Positions 13,931-26,620 are shown, numbered from the whole stretch's first letter. The stretch: 61,202 bases of DNA, filler included, from Squatina squatina (GCA_031763465.1; 4 parts of 4 records of this genome joined end to end with filler, not necessarily neighbours in it); one strand, 5' to 3'. Notes: a model not told the origin generated them from the letters alone. Numbers and translations: made by a program.

Positions 13931-14440
13931 ATTATGACACAATGAATTCTAAGCAGCTCTTCTTATCAAATGTTGTCAGGTTGCCTCTGTCCATGAAGTT
14001 GGAATGGCAAAGAAAACAGGACCTTGTGATTATCAACTTTTAAATTTCAAGACCCCTTTGATATTGGCCCTGAATTTGCAGTCGGTATGACAGTGTACTC
14101 TCAGAACATTTTTAAGTCTGGTGTGAGGAAGCCTGTTGCACAGCATAAGGGGCCCAGGTGAGAAAATTGTACTACAAAAAGATCTATAACAAGACAATGC
14201 GATAATGGAGGATTTGTTTCAAGGGGTTACAATAATGAAGTGTTTGTAAGCATTAAATGAGTGGTTTGTAACTTTTTTTTAATGAGAAGTTAATAATCAG
14301 AGTGTAAAGTAATGAGAGACTTGTATTGCCAGTATGTGTTACAAGAGGTTTGTAACAACAACTGATGTTTGTGAATTTTGAATAAGCATACTTTGTTCCA
14401 ATGAAATATATACAGTGACAGATTGCAGTTGCAGAATTTA

Positions 14441-14490
14441 TTATAATGGCAGGCTTTTAATGTTCGATTCCACTTCGGAGTCACGTATAT
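14441..14490 (-). CDS. Candidate terminal coding exon of an unidentified gene
   Basis: Strong minus-strand acceptor CTTTCATTTGTCTCTCCTTTCTACAG followed by xIRDSEVESNIKSLPL-stop and AT-rich UTR-like sequence; reading frame and gene not established. Confidence 0.25.
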
Positions 14491-14597
14491 CTGTAGAAAG
14501 GAGAGACAAATGAAAGTTTGACTTCACCCAGAATTTCACTTCGGGAGTATTAAGTAAATCAACTGTCTGTCAGGGTCCCAGCACAAAAATAAATGCA

Positions 14598-14941
14598 TTG
14601 ATTTAAACAACTTTAAAGATTGTCAGAATGTTAGAATAAATATTGCCCCATTATTTGTTGTTTTGAAGATTTCAGTTGCTGCCAAGCTTATATAGTTTGC
14701 TGCAGCTAATATCATCGGTGCAAATGTGATGCAATGTCAGCTGGTAGTTTGTATCTCCCCAAGGCTTAGGTCTGTGGTTTTTAAATAAATGCTCGATACT
14801 GCCTTGTCTTCTATAAATCATAAAATCAGCCATCTTCTCTGTTTCCTGATTGGTTAAGAGTCAGGGAGTGAAAGGAGCATTGCTCCCACCACAATCCCAG
14901 GTTCACAACAGTGCACTCCTGGGCTCCATGGGGTACTACGC
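14598..14941 (+). repeat. Copy 1 of a locally clustered ~480-bp non-autonomous DNA-transposon-like repeat
   Basis: TTGATTTAAACAACTTTAAAGATTGTCAGAATG...GCTGCCAAGCTTAT...CCTGATTGG...GGGCTCCATGGG also at 15059-15540 and 17676-18153. Confidence 0.8.
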
Positions 14942-15058
14942 NNNNNNNNNNNNNNNNNNNNNNNNNNNNNNNNNNNNNNNNNNNNNNNNNNNNNNNNNNN
15001 NNNNNNNNNNNNNNNNNNNNNNNNNNNNNNNNNNNNNNNNNAGCACAAATTAAAATGC

Positions 15059-15540
15059 TTTGATTTACACAACTTTAATGATTATCAAAATGTTAAAATA
15101 AATATTGCCTCATTATTTGTTGTTTTGAAGATTTCAGTTGCTGCCAAGCTTATGCAGTTTATTGCAGCTGACACTGTAAATGTAATTGTGATGTACTCCT
15201 GTCAGCTCATGGTTTGTGCCTCAATGAAGCTTAGGTCTGTGCTTTCTATTGAATGCTTGATACTGCCTTGTCTTCTATAAATCATACAAATCAGCAATTT
15301 CCACTGTTTCCTGATTGGCTGAGAGTCAGGAAGTGAAAGGAGCACCGTCCCTCGTGATCCCAAGTTCGCAAACACACAACAGTGCGCCCCTGGGCTCCAT
15401 GGGCTCTACGCCGCGCACAACTCTGCAACTTTTGAAAGCAAGTTCTCGAACGGGGGCTGGCACAAGTTAAGTGTGGATTTCCTTCAGATGTCAGCAACGT
15501 ACTCCTTAGCTACGCCGCTGACCGCGAATTCAGGGCTAAT
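15059..15540 (+). repeat. Copy 2 of the ~480-bp repeat, ending in a TIR-like GAATTCAGGGC
   Basis: Aligns by eye with copies 1 and 3; end CTGACCGCGAATTCAGGGCTAAT is the near reverse complement of ATTGGCCCTGAATTTGCAGTCGG at 14063-14085. Confidence 0.8.
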
Positions 15541-16718
15541 ATCTTTGCTTGTGCTTTTGTGTCAGCACTTGTTGCACAAGGAATTCTGAGAAAAAGATGG
15601 CCATCCAAGAGCAGGCGATGAAAGTGCACAGTGTGCAAACCACAGGCGTGAAGCACCAAAATAATGAGGGCATGGGAAAGAATTAGTGGGAGACGTGGAG
15701 CTAAGGCTTGCTTTCAGGACAGGGAGGACACAGGCAGGAGAAAGAGTATGTATTTGGCATTCAACCACATGCTATTCAGAAGGAAGAAGAAAGTTGATAC
15801 AATGATAACAATATTGATGCAATTGGAAGACAGGAAAGGATATAATGTAGAATGGGAGCTCAGAGGTGAGATGGAGACTTTTTTTGTTGGATCCAGTCTG
15901 GGAGTGCATCAGAGGTGTTGGCATTCGTAGAATTGAGTACTGCTGAGCGGAAAAGAATTGTTTGATATGTAGGGATAGTTCTGGGGGTAAGGAGAGGAAA
16001 AGTGAGTAATGCGAGAGCAGTGGTTTGTGAGTTTTGGACCCTTTAGAGTTTATGTTGTTGGATAAGGAGAGTGTTAGAGATAATGTGACACCCTGGTTTT
16101 CAGCCAGAGATAAGTTTGATTATGTTTTAACTGTGGGTAGTGTTTCTTCCCACATGTAACTGAACTCCACTGCCTCTGAAGTGCTTTCAAATACCAAAAA
16201 CAGGGATACAGCAATGATGGTGCCCTCAATTCCCTGCACCACTGAAACTGTTCTATCGTGTGAGCAGAGCAACCACGTGTGCATGGACGCATTCCATGGT
16301 ATGGCTGTGGGAGCAGCTGCACCGCGTCAGGAAAGAGTCGAAAAAGAATAGACTGCCCCATTCCAGACACAGCAGCGGCAATCACTAGGTGAGATTATTC
16401 TTCTGGGTTTCTCACAGCATTGCCCAGGAGATCAATCCTCAATTACAGGAGACTCCTGGGAAACCCAGAGGGTTGACAACCCTACTTGTGACATGAGATT
16501 AGTATAAATTGGCCTGTACACATCGTGTAATCACCAGATCTTCTTCAAGAGCATATGAACTCCAGATTTCTCCTGTTTTGAGACACTTTGAATGATTTGA
16601 CTAACAGGGTAGCAGCCTAATTCTTCTAATTGGTTGCTGGTATTGGAGATGATTAGCACTGGTGAATGATTAGGTCAAGTTTTCTGCACAACAACAGTAA
16701 CACCATAAGTCAAAGCCC

Positions 16719-17670
16719 TTGGGGCCAAGATTGGCTGCCTTTTAGTGCCCCTATATTGCAGTCGTTGCTGGGGTGCTAAGAGGTTTTTTGACGTTGGTGG
16801 TGGGTCTGCCACCTCACGGGACATTGGCAGGCCGTTTTGCGGAGGCATCCACAGGAGATGCCGCCGCGGCCCGGCGTGACGCCATTCTCGGCAGCGCATG
16901 GTGATGGTGACATCATTACTATACGCGCTGCCCCCTGAGCAACCCGGCAGAAATTTCGCTGCTGAAACCGCAGGAGCCTGGGGTAAGCAGCGACAGGAAA
17001 AGCTGTCGCTGCAGAGGTGGCCCCTGGTCCGACATCATTTTTTTCCAGTATATATACAACGCAGTCATGAACACAGCAGCGAGTAGGAGGAGGGGCGCGT
17101 GTAAGGCCATGCAGCAGCCGCAATGGAGTAAGACGCGCTTAATTGAGGTGTAACTTTTCAAAGCCATTTACAACTTCATTTTAAGGGCACTTTGCAAGTT
17201 GATGTAAACTGCCCCATGGGTGCTGTACTGTCTTCTGCTGCTCCATCTGAGGAATGACCTCATCAGAGGGAGAAGGTGGAGACAGCTGCAGAGGGAAANN
17301 NNNNNNNNNNNNNNNNNNNNNNNNNNNNNNNNNNNNNNNNNNNNNNNNNNNNNNNNNNNNNNNNNNNNNNNNNNNNNNNNNNNNNNNNNNNNNNNNNNCA
17401 GCCTCTCCGTGATATCACGAAATAAACCTGTTGGCAGATTCTCGAAGTCTCAGTCTTAAATTACTCAATTTCCCTAACAGATTGCTTCTCCCTGTTAGAG
17501 CCACAGCTGAGCTGATTGACATCCCCATTAAGCCCCATTAGCGCCACCACTGAAATTTTTTCCACGAGACCAATGCCTCACTATTTTGCTGGACCCTGAA
17601 ACCGGCGCTAACAAATCCTTTTTTCGGCAGCTAACGCTGCCAACGTGGTGCTAGCCAATTGGGACCTCAA
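16719..17670. mobile_element. GC-rich MITE with terminal inverted repeats (PIF/Harbinger-like ends), spanning a gap
   Basis: Left TTGGGGCCAAGATTGGCT versus right AGCCAATTGGGACCTCAA (imperfect inverted); no credible ORF inside. Confidence 0.45.
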
Positions 17671-17675
17671 AGGCT

Positions 17676-18153
17676 TTGATTTACACAACTTTAAAGATTG
17701 TCAGAATGCTAAAATAAATATTGCCCCATTTTTTGTTTTGAGGATTTCAGATGCTGCCAAGCTTATGCAGTTTACTGCAGCTGATACTGCAAATGTAAAT
17801 ATGATGTGCTCCTGTTAACTCGTAGTTTGTATTTTCATGGAGTTTAGGTCTGTGCTTTTTAATGAATGCTTGATACTACCTTGTCTTCAATAAATCATAC
17901 AAATCAGCAATCTCCACTTTTTCCTGATTGGCTAACAGTCAGGAAGTCCAAGGAGCACCACCCAACATGATCCCAGGTTTGTATGCAGACAAGGGTGCAC
18001 TCCTGGGCTCTGTGGGGTACACTGCTGCGCACAACTCTGCAGCGTTTGAAAGCAAGTTCTCAAAGAGGGGTTCGCATGAGGTAAGTCCAAATTTCCTTCG
18101 GATGTCGATGCCGTGTTCCTTAGCTACGCTGCTGACCATGAATTCAGAGCCAA
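17676..18153 (+). repeat. Copy 3 of the ~480-bp repeat
   Basis: Same sequence blocks as copy 2, ends GCTGACCATGAATTCAGAGCCAA. Confidence 0.8.
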
Positions 18154-18238
18154 GCAACCCAACAGTGACAGAATTTTTACTTTTATTTCATATAGCTAGG
18201 TTTAAAATGTTTAAAGGGAATATACTGGGGATATTGTA

Positions 18239-18338
18239 NNNNNNNNNNNNNNNNNNNNNNNNNNNNNNNNNNNNNNNNNNNNTTAATTAATTAANNNNNN
18301 NNNNNNNNNNNNNNNNNNNNNNNNNNNNNNNNNNNNNN
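18239..18338. other. Artificial scaffold-join linker
   Basis: 44 N + TTAATTAATTAA (stops in all six frames) + 44 N. Confidence 0.95.
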
Positions 18339-18470
18339 GGGGGATCAGGGGGTATGGAGAGAAAGCAGGTACGGGGTACTGAGTTGAAAGATCAGCCATG
18401 ATCATATTGAATGGCGGTGCAGGCTCAAAGGGCTGAATGGCCTATTTTCTATGCTTTCTATGTTTTCTAT
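18339..18470 (+). mobile_element. CR1 LINE 3' UTR and tail
   Basis: GATCAGCCATGATCATATTGAATGGCGGTGCAGGCTC...TTTTCTATG repeats. Confidence 0.85.
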
Positions 18471-21320
18471 GTTACCTGAATATGCACGGCAGTCATAACA
18501 ACATAGAGAAATTGAGAGGACAAATATATAAATAAATGGGTGTGATCTGTTAGCCATTACAGAGACATGGTTGCAATGTGACCAAGACTGAGAACTGGAT
18601 ATTCAGCTTTATTTGACATTTCAGAAGGATAGGCAGAAAGGAAAAGGAGGTGGTGTAGCTCTCTCAATAAAGGATGAAATGGGCACAGTAGTGATAAATG
18701 GTATTGGCTCACAAGGTCAAGATGTAGAATTCATTTGGATGGATGTCAGAAAGAACAGTGGAAAGTTGACACCAGTGGGAGTAGTCTATAGGCCCCCTTA
18801 CAGTAGTTACAGTGCAGAACAGAGTATAAATCAAGAAGTAATGAGTGTTTGTAAAAAGGGTACTAAAATAATCATGGGCCATTTTAATCTTCATGTACAT
18901 TGGACAAATCCAATTGACAAAGGATGCCTTGAGGATGAATTCATAGTGTTTCTTCGAGCAATATGTAAGAGCAGGGAACAGGCTATTTTAGATCTGGCAA
19001 TGTGCAATGACACAGGATTAATCAATCATCTCATAGGAAAAGATCCTCTAGGAAACAGTAATCATAACATAATAGAATTTAACATTCAGTTTGAGAGTGA
19101 GAAACTTGTGTCTGAAACTACTGTATGAAACTTAATTAAGAGCAATTACAAATGAATGAGCAGAGAGTTGGCTAAAATGGACTAGTAAAATAGCTAAGAA
19201 GATATTCCATGAATCTCCGCAAATATATACTCCAGTGAGGAAGAAAGACTCTAAGAAAAGGATAAACCAACTATGGCTCACTAAGGAAGTTAAGGAAGGT
19301 ATTAAATTGAAAGAAAAGGCTTACAATTTGGCAAAGATTAGTGGTAAGTCCGAGGTTTGGGATAATTTTAAAAGCCAGCAAAGAATAACTCAAAATTATA
19401 AAGATGGACAAAATAGATTGAGAGTAAACTAACAAGAAATATAAAAACTGAGAGGAAGAGCTTATATATATATATATAAAAAGTAAGAGATTAGCTAAAG
19501 TAGACATTGGTCGCTTAGACGATGAGACTGGGGAAGCAATAATGGGAAACAAGGAAATGGCAGATGCGTTGAACAGATATTTTGTATCTGTCTTCACAGT
19601 ACAAGCCCCTAAAATCATTGCAATAATTGTGGAACATCAAGGAGCAAAACGGAGGGAGGAACTAAAAACAACTATCACTATCACTGGAAAAGAAGTACTG
19701 GACAAACTAATGGGACTGAAGGTTGATAAGTCCCCTGGACCTGATGGCTTGCATCCTAGGATCTTAAAACAAGTGGCTACAGAGATACAGACTGTATTGG
19801 TAGTAATTTTCCAGAATTGCCTAGTTTCTGGATAATTCCCAGATGATTGGAAAACCACAAATGTAACGCCTTTATTCAAAAATGGAGGGAGATGGAAAGC
19901 AGATAACGATAGGCCAGATAGCCTAACACCTGTCATTGCGTAAATGCTGGAATCCATTATTAAGGAAGTAGTAGCAGGACATTTAGAAACTCATAATGAA
20001 ATCAAGCAGAGGCAGCATGGTTTTTTGAAAGGGATATCATATTTGAAAAATGTATTAGTTATTTGAGGAAGTTTCAAGCAGGGTGGATAAAGGGGAAGCA
20101 GTAGATGTAGTGCATTTCAATTTCCAACAGGCATTCGATAAGGTACCACATAAAAGGTTACAGCACAAGATGAGAGCTAATGGTGTTGGGGGTATTATAT
20201 TAGCATGGATAGAGGATTGACTAATTAGCAGAAAACAGAATCGGGTGAAAAGGGTCATTTTATGGATGGCAATCTGTAACTATTGGGGTATCACCGAGAT
20301 CAGTGCTGGAGCTGCAACTATTTACAATATGTATTAATGACTTGTATGAAGGAAGCGAGTGTATTTCAGCCAAATTTGCTGATGACATAAAGTTAGCTGG
20401 GATAGTAAGGTGTGAGGAGGACACAAAGTAAGGTGTGAGGAGGACACAAAGTGTCTGCAAAGAGACATAGATAGGTTAAGTGAGTGGACAAAAAATTGCC
20501 AGCTGGAGTATAATGTGGGAAAGTGAGGTTCACCACTTTGGTAGGAAAAATGGAAAAGCAAAATATTATTTAAATGGGTAAAGAGTAAAGAATTCTGTAG
20601 CAGAGAGGGATTTGGGGGTCCTCGTACATGGACACATAAAGTTAGCATGTATGCACACCAGGTAATTGGGAAGACAAATGGAATGTTAGACTTTATTGCA
20701 AGGGTAATGGAGTGCAACAATAAGGACATCTTGCGACAACTGTACAGGGCACTGGTGGGACACCACCTAGAGTGCTGCGTACAGGTTTGGTCCCCTCCTT
20801 TAAGGAAGGATATACATGCATGGGAGGAAGCTCAGAGAAGGTTCACAACATTGATACCAAGTATGGAAGGGTTGTCTTATGAGGAAAGGTTGAGCAGGTT
20901 GGGCCTATACTCACTGGAGTTTAGAAGAATGAGAGGAGATCTTATTGAAACATATAAAATTCTGCGGAGGCTTTAGGGGTAAATGCTAAGAGGATGTTTC
21001 CCCTCATCGGGGAATCTAGAACTCAGTGGCAGTTTTGGAATACGAGGTGGCCCATTGAAGGAGTTGAGGAGGATTTTTTTCTCTCAGGTAGTTGTGTGTC
21101 TTTGGAATTCTTTACCCCAGAGAGCTGTTGAGGCTGAGTCATTGAATATAATCAAGGCTGAGATGGACAGGCATTTGATCAGCAAGGGAATCAAAGAATA
21201 TGGGGAACAGGCAGGAAAGGGGAGTTGAGGCGATAATCAGATCAGCCATGGTATCATTGAATGGTAGAGCAAGCTGGAAGGGCCGAATGGCCTACTCCTG
21301 CTCCTATTTCTTATCTTCTG
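18471..21320 (+). mobile_element. CR1 LINE ORF2 (endonuclease + RT), decayed, with 3' UTR
   Basis: KGGGVAL, GVVYRPP, IMGHFN, ILDLAMCN, LGNSNHN (APE endonuclease); KSPGPDGLHPRILK; KFADD; LECCVQVWSP; many stops and frameshifts; 23-bp tandem duplication at ~20405-20450. Confidence 0.93.
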
Positions 21321-21469
21321 TTGGCATTCATTTGCGCTGATAACTCAGAGTAAAAGCTTGCTCCCGTGAGCCATATCTGCTGTAAGTTCTTTTATTGGAC
21401 CCAGGTACTGTCCATTTTGTATCATTGCATCCCCAGACTAGCCAACTGACCCTTGAATCCTGATATCTT

Positions 21470-22005
21470 TGCATTTGTCACCTCCAGACTCAACTATCCC
21501 AATGCCCTTCTGGCTGGTCTCCTATTGCCATCCTTCTTAAATTAGAGGTCAGCCAATCCTCTGTTGCACTTTTCCTAACTCGCACCAACTTCCATTCCCC
21601 CATCGCCCCTGTGCTCGCTCACCCACATTGGTGCATGCTCCGGCAAAGCACCGATTTTAAAATTCTAATTCTTGGATTCAAATCCCTCCTTGGCCTCGCC
21701 CCTCCATATATCCTCCAGCCCTACAAAACGCCGAGATTTTGTGCTCCACCATTTCTGGCCTCTTGATCATCCAGATTTTAATCGCTCCACCCCTGCCTCA
21801 GCTGCCTGGGCACTAAGCTCTGAAGTTCCCTCCCAAACCCTGCCCCTCTCTACCTCTCTCTCTTTATTTAAGACGCTTTATGACCAAGCATTTGTGCACC
21901 TGTTCTAATATCTCTTTCTATGTTCCGATGTCAATGTTTTTGATAATGGTCCCGTGAAGCACCTTGATATGTTTTACTAAGTTAAATAAATGCAATTGTT
22001 ATTGA
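21470..22005 (+). mobile_element. L2-like LINE 3' fragment
   Basis: GCATTTGTCACCTCCAGACTCAACTATCCCAATGCCCTTCTGGCTGG (AFVTSRLNYPNALLAG) and CCCATCGCCCCTGTGCTC; same family as 52576-53260. Confidence 0.75.
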
Positions 22006-22244
22006 TGTTCTTGCAGTTCACGCATTTCACCTACGATCAATTACAATTGACCTGCTATTCACTGTATTCTTGTCTGTGCAACACTACATTAGTAGTTGGC
22101 GAAGTGTTATATCCATAGATAATGTGAAGAATGTCCAGCGACAAGAGAATTGTATGGAGGCAGTGATGTGTCATAGTCCGGAATTCTCTGTGGAAGTAGA
22201 TTCAAAGTGAACTCTTCTAGAAACCACCTCAGCATGTGGAATAA

Positions 22245-22600
22245 TGCTGCGCCGAAGGAGGCCATTCAGCACATCGTGCCGATGCTGGCTCTTTGAATGA
22301 GCCATTCTTCTGCTCTTTCCCCGTAGCCTTGCACTGTTTCCTGTTTAATTAGAGATCGAATATCTTTTAAAAGGTACGATTGAATCTGCTTCAATAACCT
22401 TTCAGGCGTTGCGTTCCAGATCACAAAATATTGCAGCATTAAATAAATTCTCGTTGTCGTCTCTTTTTTTTTGCTAATCATCTGGTTACGAATCCTCCTG
22501 CCAGTGCAAACAGCTTCCCCTTATGTAACCTCGCAAAATTCCTAATAATATTGAACAGCTCAGTTAAATCTCACTTCAACCTTCGCTGATCAAAGGAGCC
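22245..22600 (-). mobile_element. CR1-like LINE 3' fragment, diverged
   Basis: GAAGGAGGCCATTCAGC end, minus-strand IWNATPE and GYGERA remnants. Confidence 0.6.
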
Positions 22601-24032
22601 GAATCCATACATGCTGCAAGCGTTCGCATTTGAGATAGTTGTTCTCCAAAGCCTTTGTTCTGATTAATTACAACATTGAATTTATCCATAACATTTTCTA
22701 AACCTTCTGTCAGTTCTTTTTATGAAATCGGGGATTCTGCTCTTTGTGCTTTATCATCTCATGTCTGCCCAATGATCCCTTTAATTGCACGCACATTGTT
22801 TCATGCTCCCACAATGTCTCTGTCAATTGATGGAAATTTCATTCCGAATTGCGCTTCATAAATTACTGTTTAATTTTTCTGAGAAGAGCACAGTAAAAAT
22901 CTGCACACTTTTGGCTGCATAATTCGGAAGGCAAGAATGCAGATTAGGAAATAGTATACATGGCTTCATGGGTCCGGTTAATGGTAAGTCCGTTTACAGA
23001 TCCTTCCAGGAGATGGACACATTCAGTCTGATTTTCTCCTCGGTCTCACAGATCATAGTTTTGTTCGAGTCGATGTCTGACACTTGCGACATTATCCACC
23101 TCAACGAACGTGTCCAGTGGCCTCTGCTGACGAGGATAAAACTCCACAGTGTCGAGCAGAAATAATTTCCACCGCATTTACTGTGCAAAACACAGACTGC
23201 AGGGACAAGAGACTCAGGATACTCCTGAATCCCCGCCCCTGAAAACCAAGTTCAACTCTGATGAAGAGCAGAAATTCCATTGTAGCTATTTTGGAGAGCA
23301 CGGAATCTGCATAGCAGCATTTATCAATATTCAACATACATATTTTATAGAATTTATAACTCAGAAATAAGCCATTCAACCAAAGTTGTGTTTGCCGGTG
23401 ATTATGCTCCACACGAGCCTCCTCCCATCGTGTTTCATGTAATCCTATTAGCGTTGCATTCTATTCCGTTTTGTTTTCCCTCACGTGCTTGCCCTGAAAT
23501 ACTCCTTGTGATAGCGACGTCCACAGCGCCACCATTCCCTGGTAAATTAAGTTTCTCCTGAATTGCCCACTGAATTTATTTGTGATTGTCTTATATTTAT
23601 TGCATTTAGCTTCGGTCAAATTCAGTCTTGACGCTTAAAAAACATACAAATGCCCCACTGGATGTTTTTTTTAAACAGAAGCTATGGGTTAATTACTTTT
23701 TGGCTATGAAAACCATTGAGGGTGGCGGTGTTCAGTTCCAGAGTTCTTGAATGAAAGCATCAAAAAAATGATCTGAAAAATAATAGACATCATGATCATT
23801 TCCTGACTGCTTGGGGTGGTGCTCAGAACACACCATGTCTGTCCATGCAGCCCATGAGTCTATTAATGACGGATTAACTTGACTAACCTTGTCCTAAATA
23901 GAGCCTCCTGCAACATTTTAATATTGCAGAATCTTAGCTGTTATCTATGTAAATTTCATGAACTTTGACAAATTTTAACTGAAGTTGTTCGGATTATCAG
24001 AGTCTTCCCACATGGTTACCTCTGTCTACAAG

Positions 24033-24985
24033 AGGCACTGAAGGAGCACCTTACTGCCGGTGGGGTAGTACTGAGGGAGCGCTGGAATAATGGAGGGGTA
24101 GTACTGAGGGAGCGCTGGAATAATGGAGGGGTAGTACTGAGGGAGCGATGCACTGTCGGTGGGGTAGTACTGAGGGAGCGCTGCAATGATGGAGTGGTAG
24201 TACTGAGGGAGTGCTTCAATGATGGAGGGGTCGCACTGAGGGAGCGCTGCAATGATGGAGGGGTAGCACTGAGGGAGGGATGCACTGTCGGTGGGGTAGT
24301 ACTGAGGGAGCGATGCACTGTCGGTGGGGTAGTACTGAGGGAGCGCTGCACTGTCGGTGGGGTAGTACTAAGGGAGCGCTGCACTGTCGGTGGGGTAGTA
24401 CTGAGGGAGCGCTGCAATAATGGAGGGGTAGTACTGAAGGAGCGATGCACTGTCGGTGGGGTAATACTGGGGGAGCGCTGCACTGTCGGTGGGGTAGTAC
24501 TGAGGGAGCACTGCAATAATGGAGAGGTAGTACTGAGGGAGCGCTGCAATGTTGGAGGGGTAGTACTGAGGGAGCGCTGCACTGTCCGTGGGGTAGTACT
24601 GAGGGAGCATTGCACTGTCGGAGGGCGAGTACTGAGGGAGTGCTGCACTGTTGGTGGGGTAGTACTGAGGGAGCGCAGCACTCTCAGAGGAGCGGAAATG
24701 AAGGAGCGATGAATTGTCAGAGTAGCAGAACGGAGGGAGCGCTGCACTGTCAGAGTAGCAGTACAGGGGGAGCATTGTACTGTCGGAGGGGCAGTCCGGG
24801 TGGAGCGCCACACTGTCGTAGCGGAAGTACTGACGGAACATTGCACTATCGGAGGGGCAGTGCTGAGGAGTGCTGCACTCTCGGAGGGTCACTATTGAGA
24901 GAGCATTGAACCGTCGCAGGCGAAGTACTGAGGCAGCACTGCACTGTCTGAGCAGCGGAACTGAGGCGATGCTGCACTGCCGGAG
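24033..24985 (+). repeat. 33-bp minisatellite (~29 units) derived from a DeuSINE internal segment
   Basis: Units GTAGTACTGAGGGAGCGCTGCACTGTCGGTGGG and variant GTAGTACTGAGGGAGCGCTGCAATAATGGAGGG; runs directly into a SINE body at ~24985. Confidence 0.95.
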
Positions 24986-25285
24986 ACGCTGTCTTTTGCA
25001 TCAGCCAATAAACTGAAGCACCGTCTGGGCGCCACAGATACCATCGACAAAATTAGGTGAAGAGCACGGGTGCTCAACCCAGTGCTTTGGCCACTATTAA
25101 TCCTTGAACCAATGTCCGCAAAACACATTATCTGGGCAATATCACGTTCTTTTTGTAGCATCTTGTTCTGCGCAATTGGGGGCTGAGTTTCTTAAATCGC
25201 AACAGTGACTACAGTGGGAAAGTCCTTCACTGACGTTGAAGCTTCGGAACATCCTGTGTTTGTGAAAGGCGGTGCAGAAATGCCA
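24970..25285 (+). mobile_element. DeuSINE/SacSINE1-like body and tail continuing from the minisatellite
   Basis: GCTGCACTGCCGGAGACGCTGTCTTT...GAAGAGCACGGG...ATTATCTGGGCAATATCAC...CAACAGTGACTACA...GTGAAAGGCG, collinear with 8695-8990. Confidence 0.75.
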
Positions 25286-26389
25286 GAGGCCCCGCCATCA
25301 CCCGCCTCCACCCCTCACCTACCCAGGGCTCCCATCCTATCTCATTCCTCCTCCCTCTGTCCTTTTCCCATGTTCCCACTGACTCCCCGCGGTTGCGGAG
25401 TCTAAGCTTCCCTTTACGAGGCACCGGCTGAATCTGGAATCAGGGACCTGAACAAATTGGGGCCGTAGGGCACCAAACGGGATTGAATCATTCACATTTA
25501 CTCACCGTGTACTGTACATGTACAGGAGCTGAAACAGATACGTACATACCACGCCAGATTGCAATGGATGGTTCCACAATGCACTGCACATGTACAACAG
25601 CTGAGTCTGCAACACATGCCATTCTGTTCAAAACGGGAGTGAATTGTCCCCTATTACACACATTGCGTGACGACTACATTTAATGATCTATAGATAAAGA
25701 GAACCGGCTTGAAATACACAACTGATCAACAACCTGAATGTGTGTTAACTTCCACCTTCTCCCTAGTCTGGTTGGCGGCTCGTTTTCAGCCCACATTCGG
25801 AATATTCCCTTTATACTGTTGATGTGTTAGCGTCTTTGAACAGTTTGTCAGTAAGGGTTTCATTCCCTTGGGGCTGTTATTGCTAAAACTCTCGTCCTAT
25901 GGGAATGAACCTATGAAGGTCAGATTCTCAAAAAACCTCGCTCCGTGCAACTATATATTTTCCAGCATTAATCCGACGGAATATTTTATCAACATAATTG
26001 AATATTTGACAAAGTTGTCCCAGGCACTGCTTGTGTCTAAATTCCGAAACAATCTCACCTCTTTACTGTAAAAGGTTTCTCTAAAATAGTGCCATTTTAG
26101 TGACTGGGCCTCTCAAATACAGCGACTGATAAACAGAATCATTTTACCTGGTACAACACGACTAACGACTTACAAGAAAACCCTGAGAGTCATGAGGGGA
26201 AATTGAGATGATAGAATGAAGCTTCAGTCTGTGCTCACACAGTGAAGGGTGACATTTGAATCTGAGAATGAAATCACAAACCCTGGGCTGCCCGCCGCTC
26301 GCACATTTGTTGTGCCTGGACCTGATCGGAATCCCCGCCATAGATTCACACTTACAGTCAACATTGCAATATCTCAGTGCACCGTTCCT

Positions 26390-26620
26390 TTTCATCTGCT
26401 GTCTGCTAATACACACACAGACCGTGCCAGGGCATGGGGCCAATCGCATCGACTGGAGATCAGACGGGCCTCGGTTTAATATTGAATTCAAACGACAACT
26501 CCTCTGAAAGTGCAGCACTCGGTCAGTAGTAAACTGCAAACGAGCCTCGAGTATGTGCTTTATTTATTGAGTGGCACTCGAACTCATGACAGTCTGATAA
26601 TCGGAAATGCTGATAACTGT
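26390..26620 (-). mobile_element. DeuSINE/SacSINE1-like 5' half, diverged
   Basis: Plus strand CAGACGGGCCTCGGTTTAA...AGTGCAGCACTC is the reverse complement of the SINE body. Confidence 0.55.

Noticed and set aside
16675-17167. Overlapping GC-rich ORFs
   Set aside because: Lie inside a TIR-bounded non-coding element; no homology recognised
24016-24909. Long ORFs (276, 172, 174 aa) resembling mucin or adhesin repeats, and a superficial CRISPR-like periodicity
   Set aside because: They arise from a 33-bp tandem unit that is open on both strands; there are no unique spacers, cas genes or splice context, and the unit is SINE-derived
26148-26285. CACAGTG plus ACAAACCCT as an RSS with a J-like segment
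   Set aside because: Spacer is 31 nt, not 12 or 23, and there is no FGxG/WGxG motif
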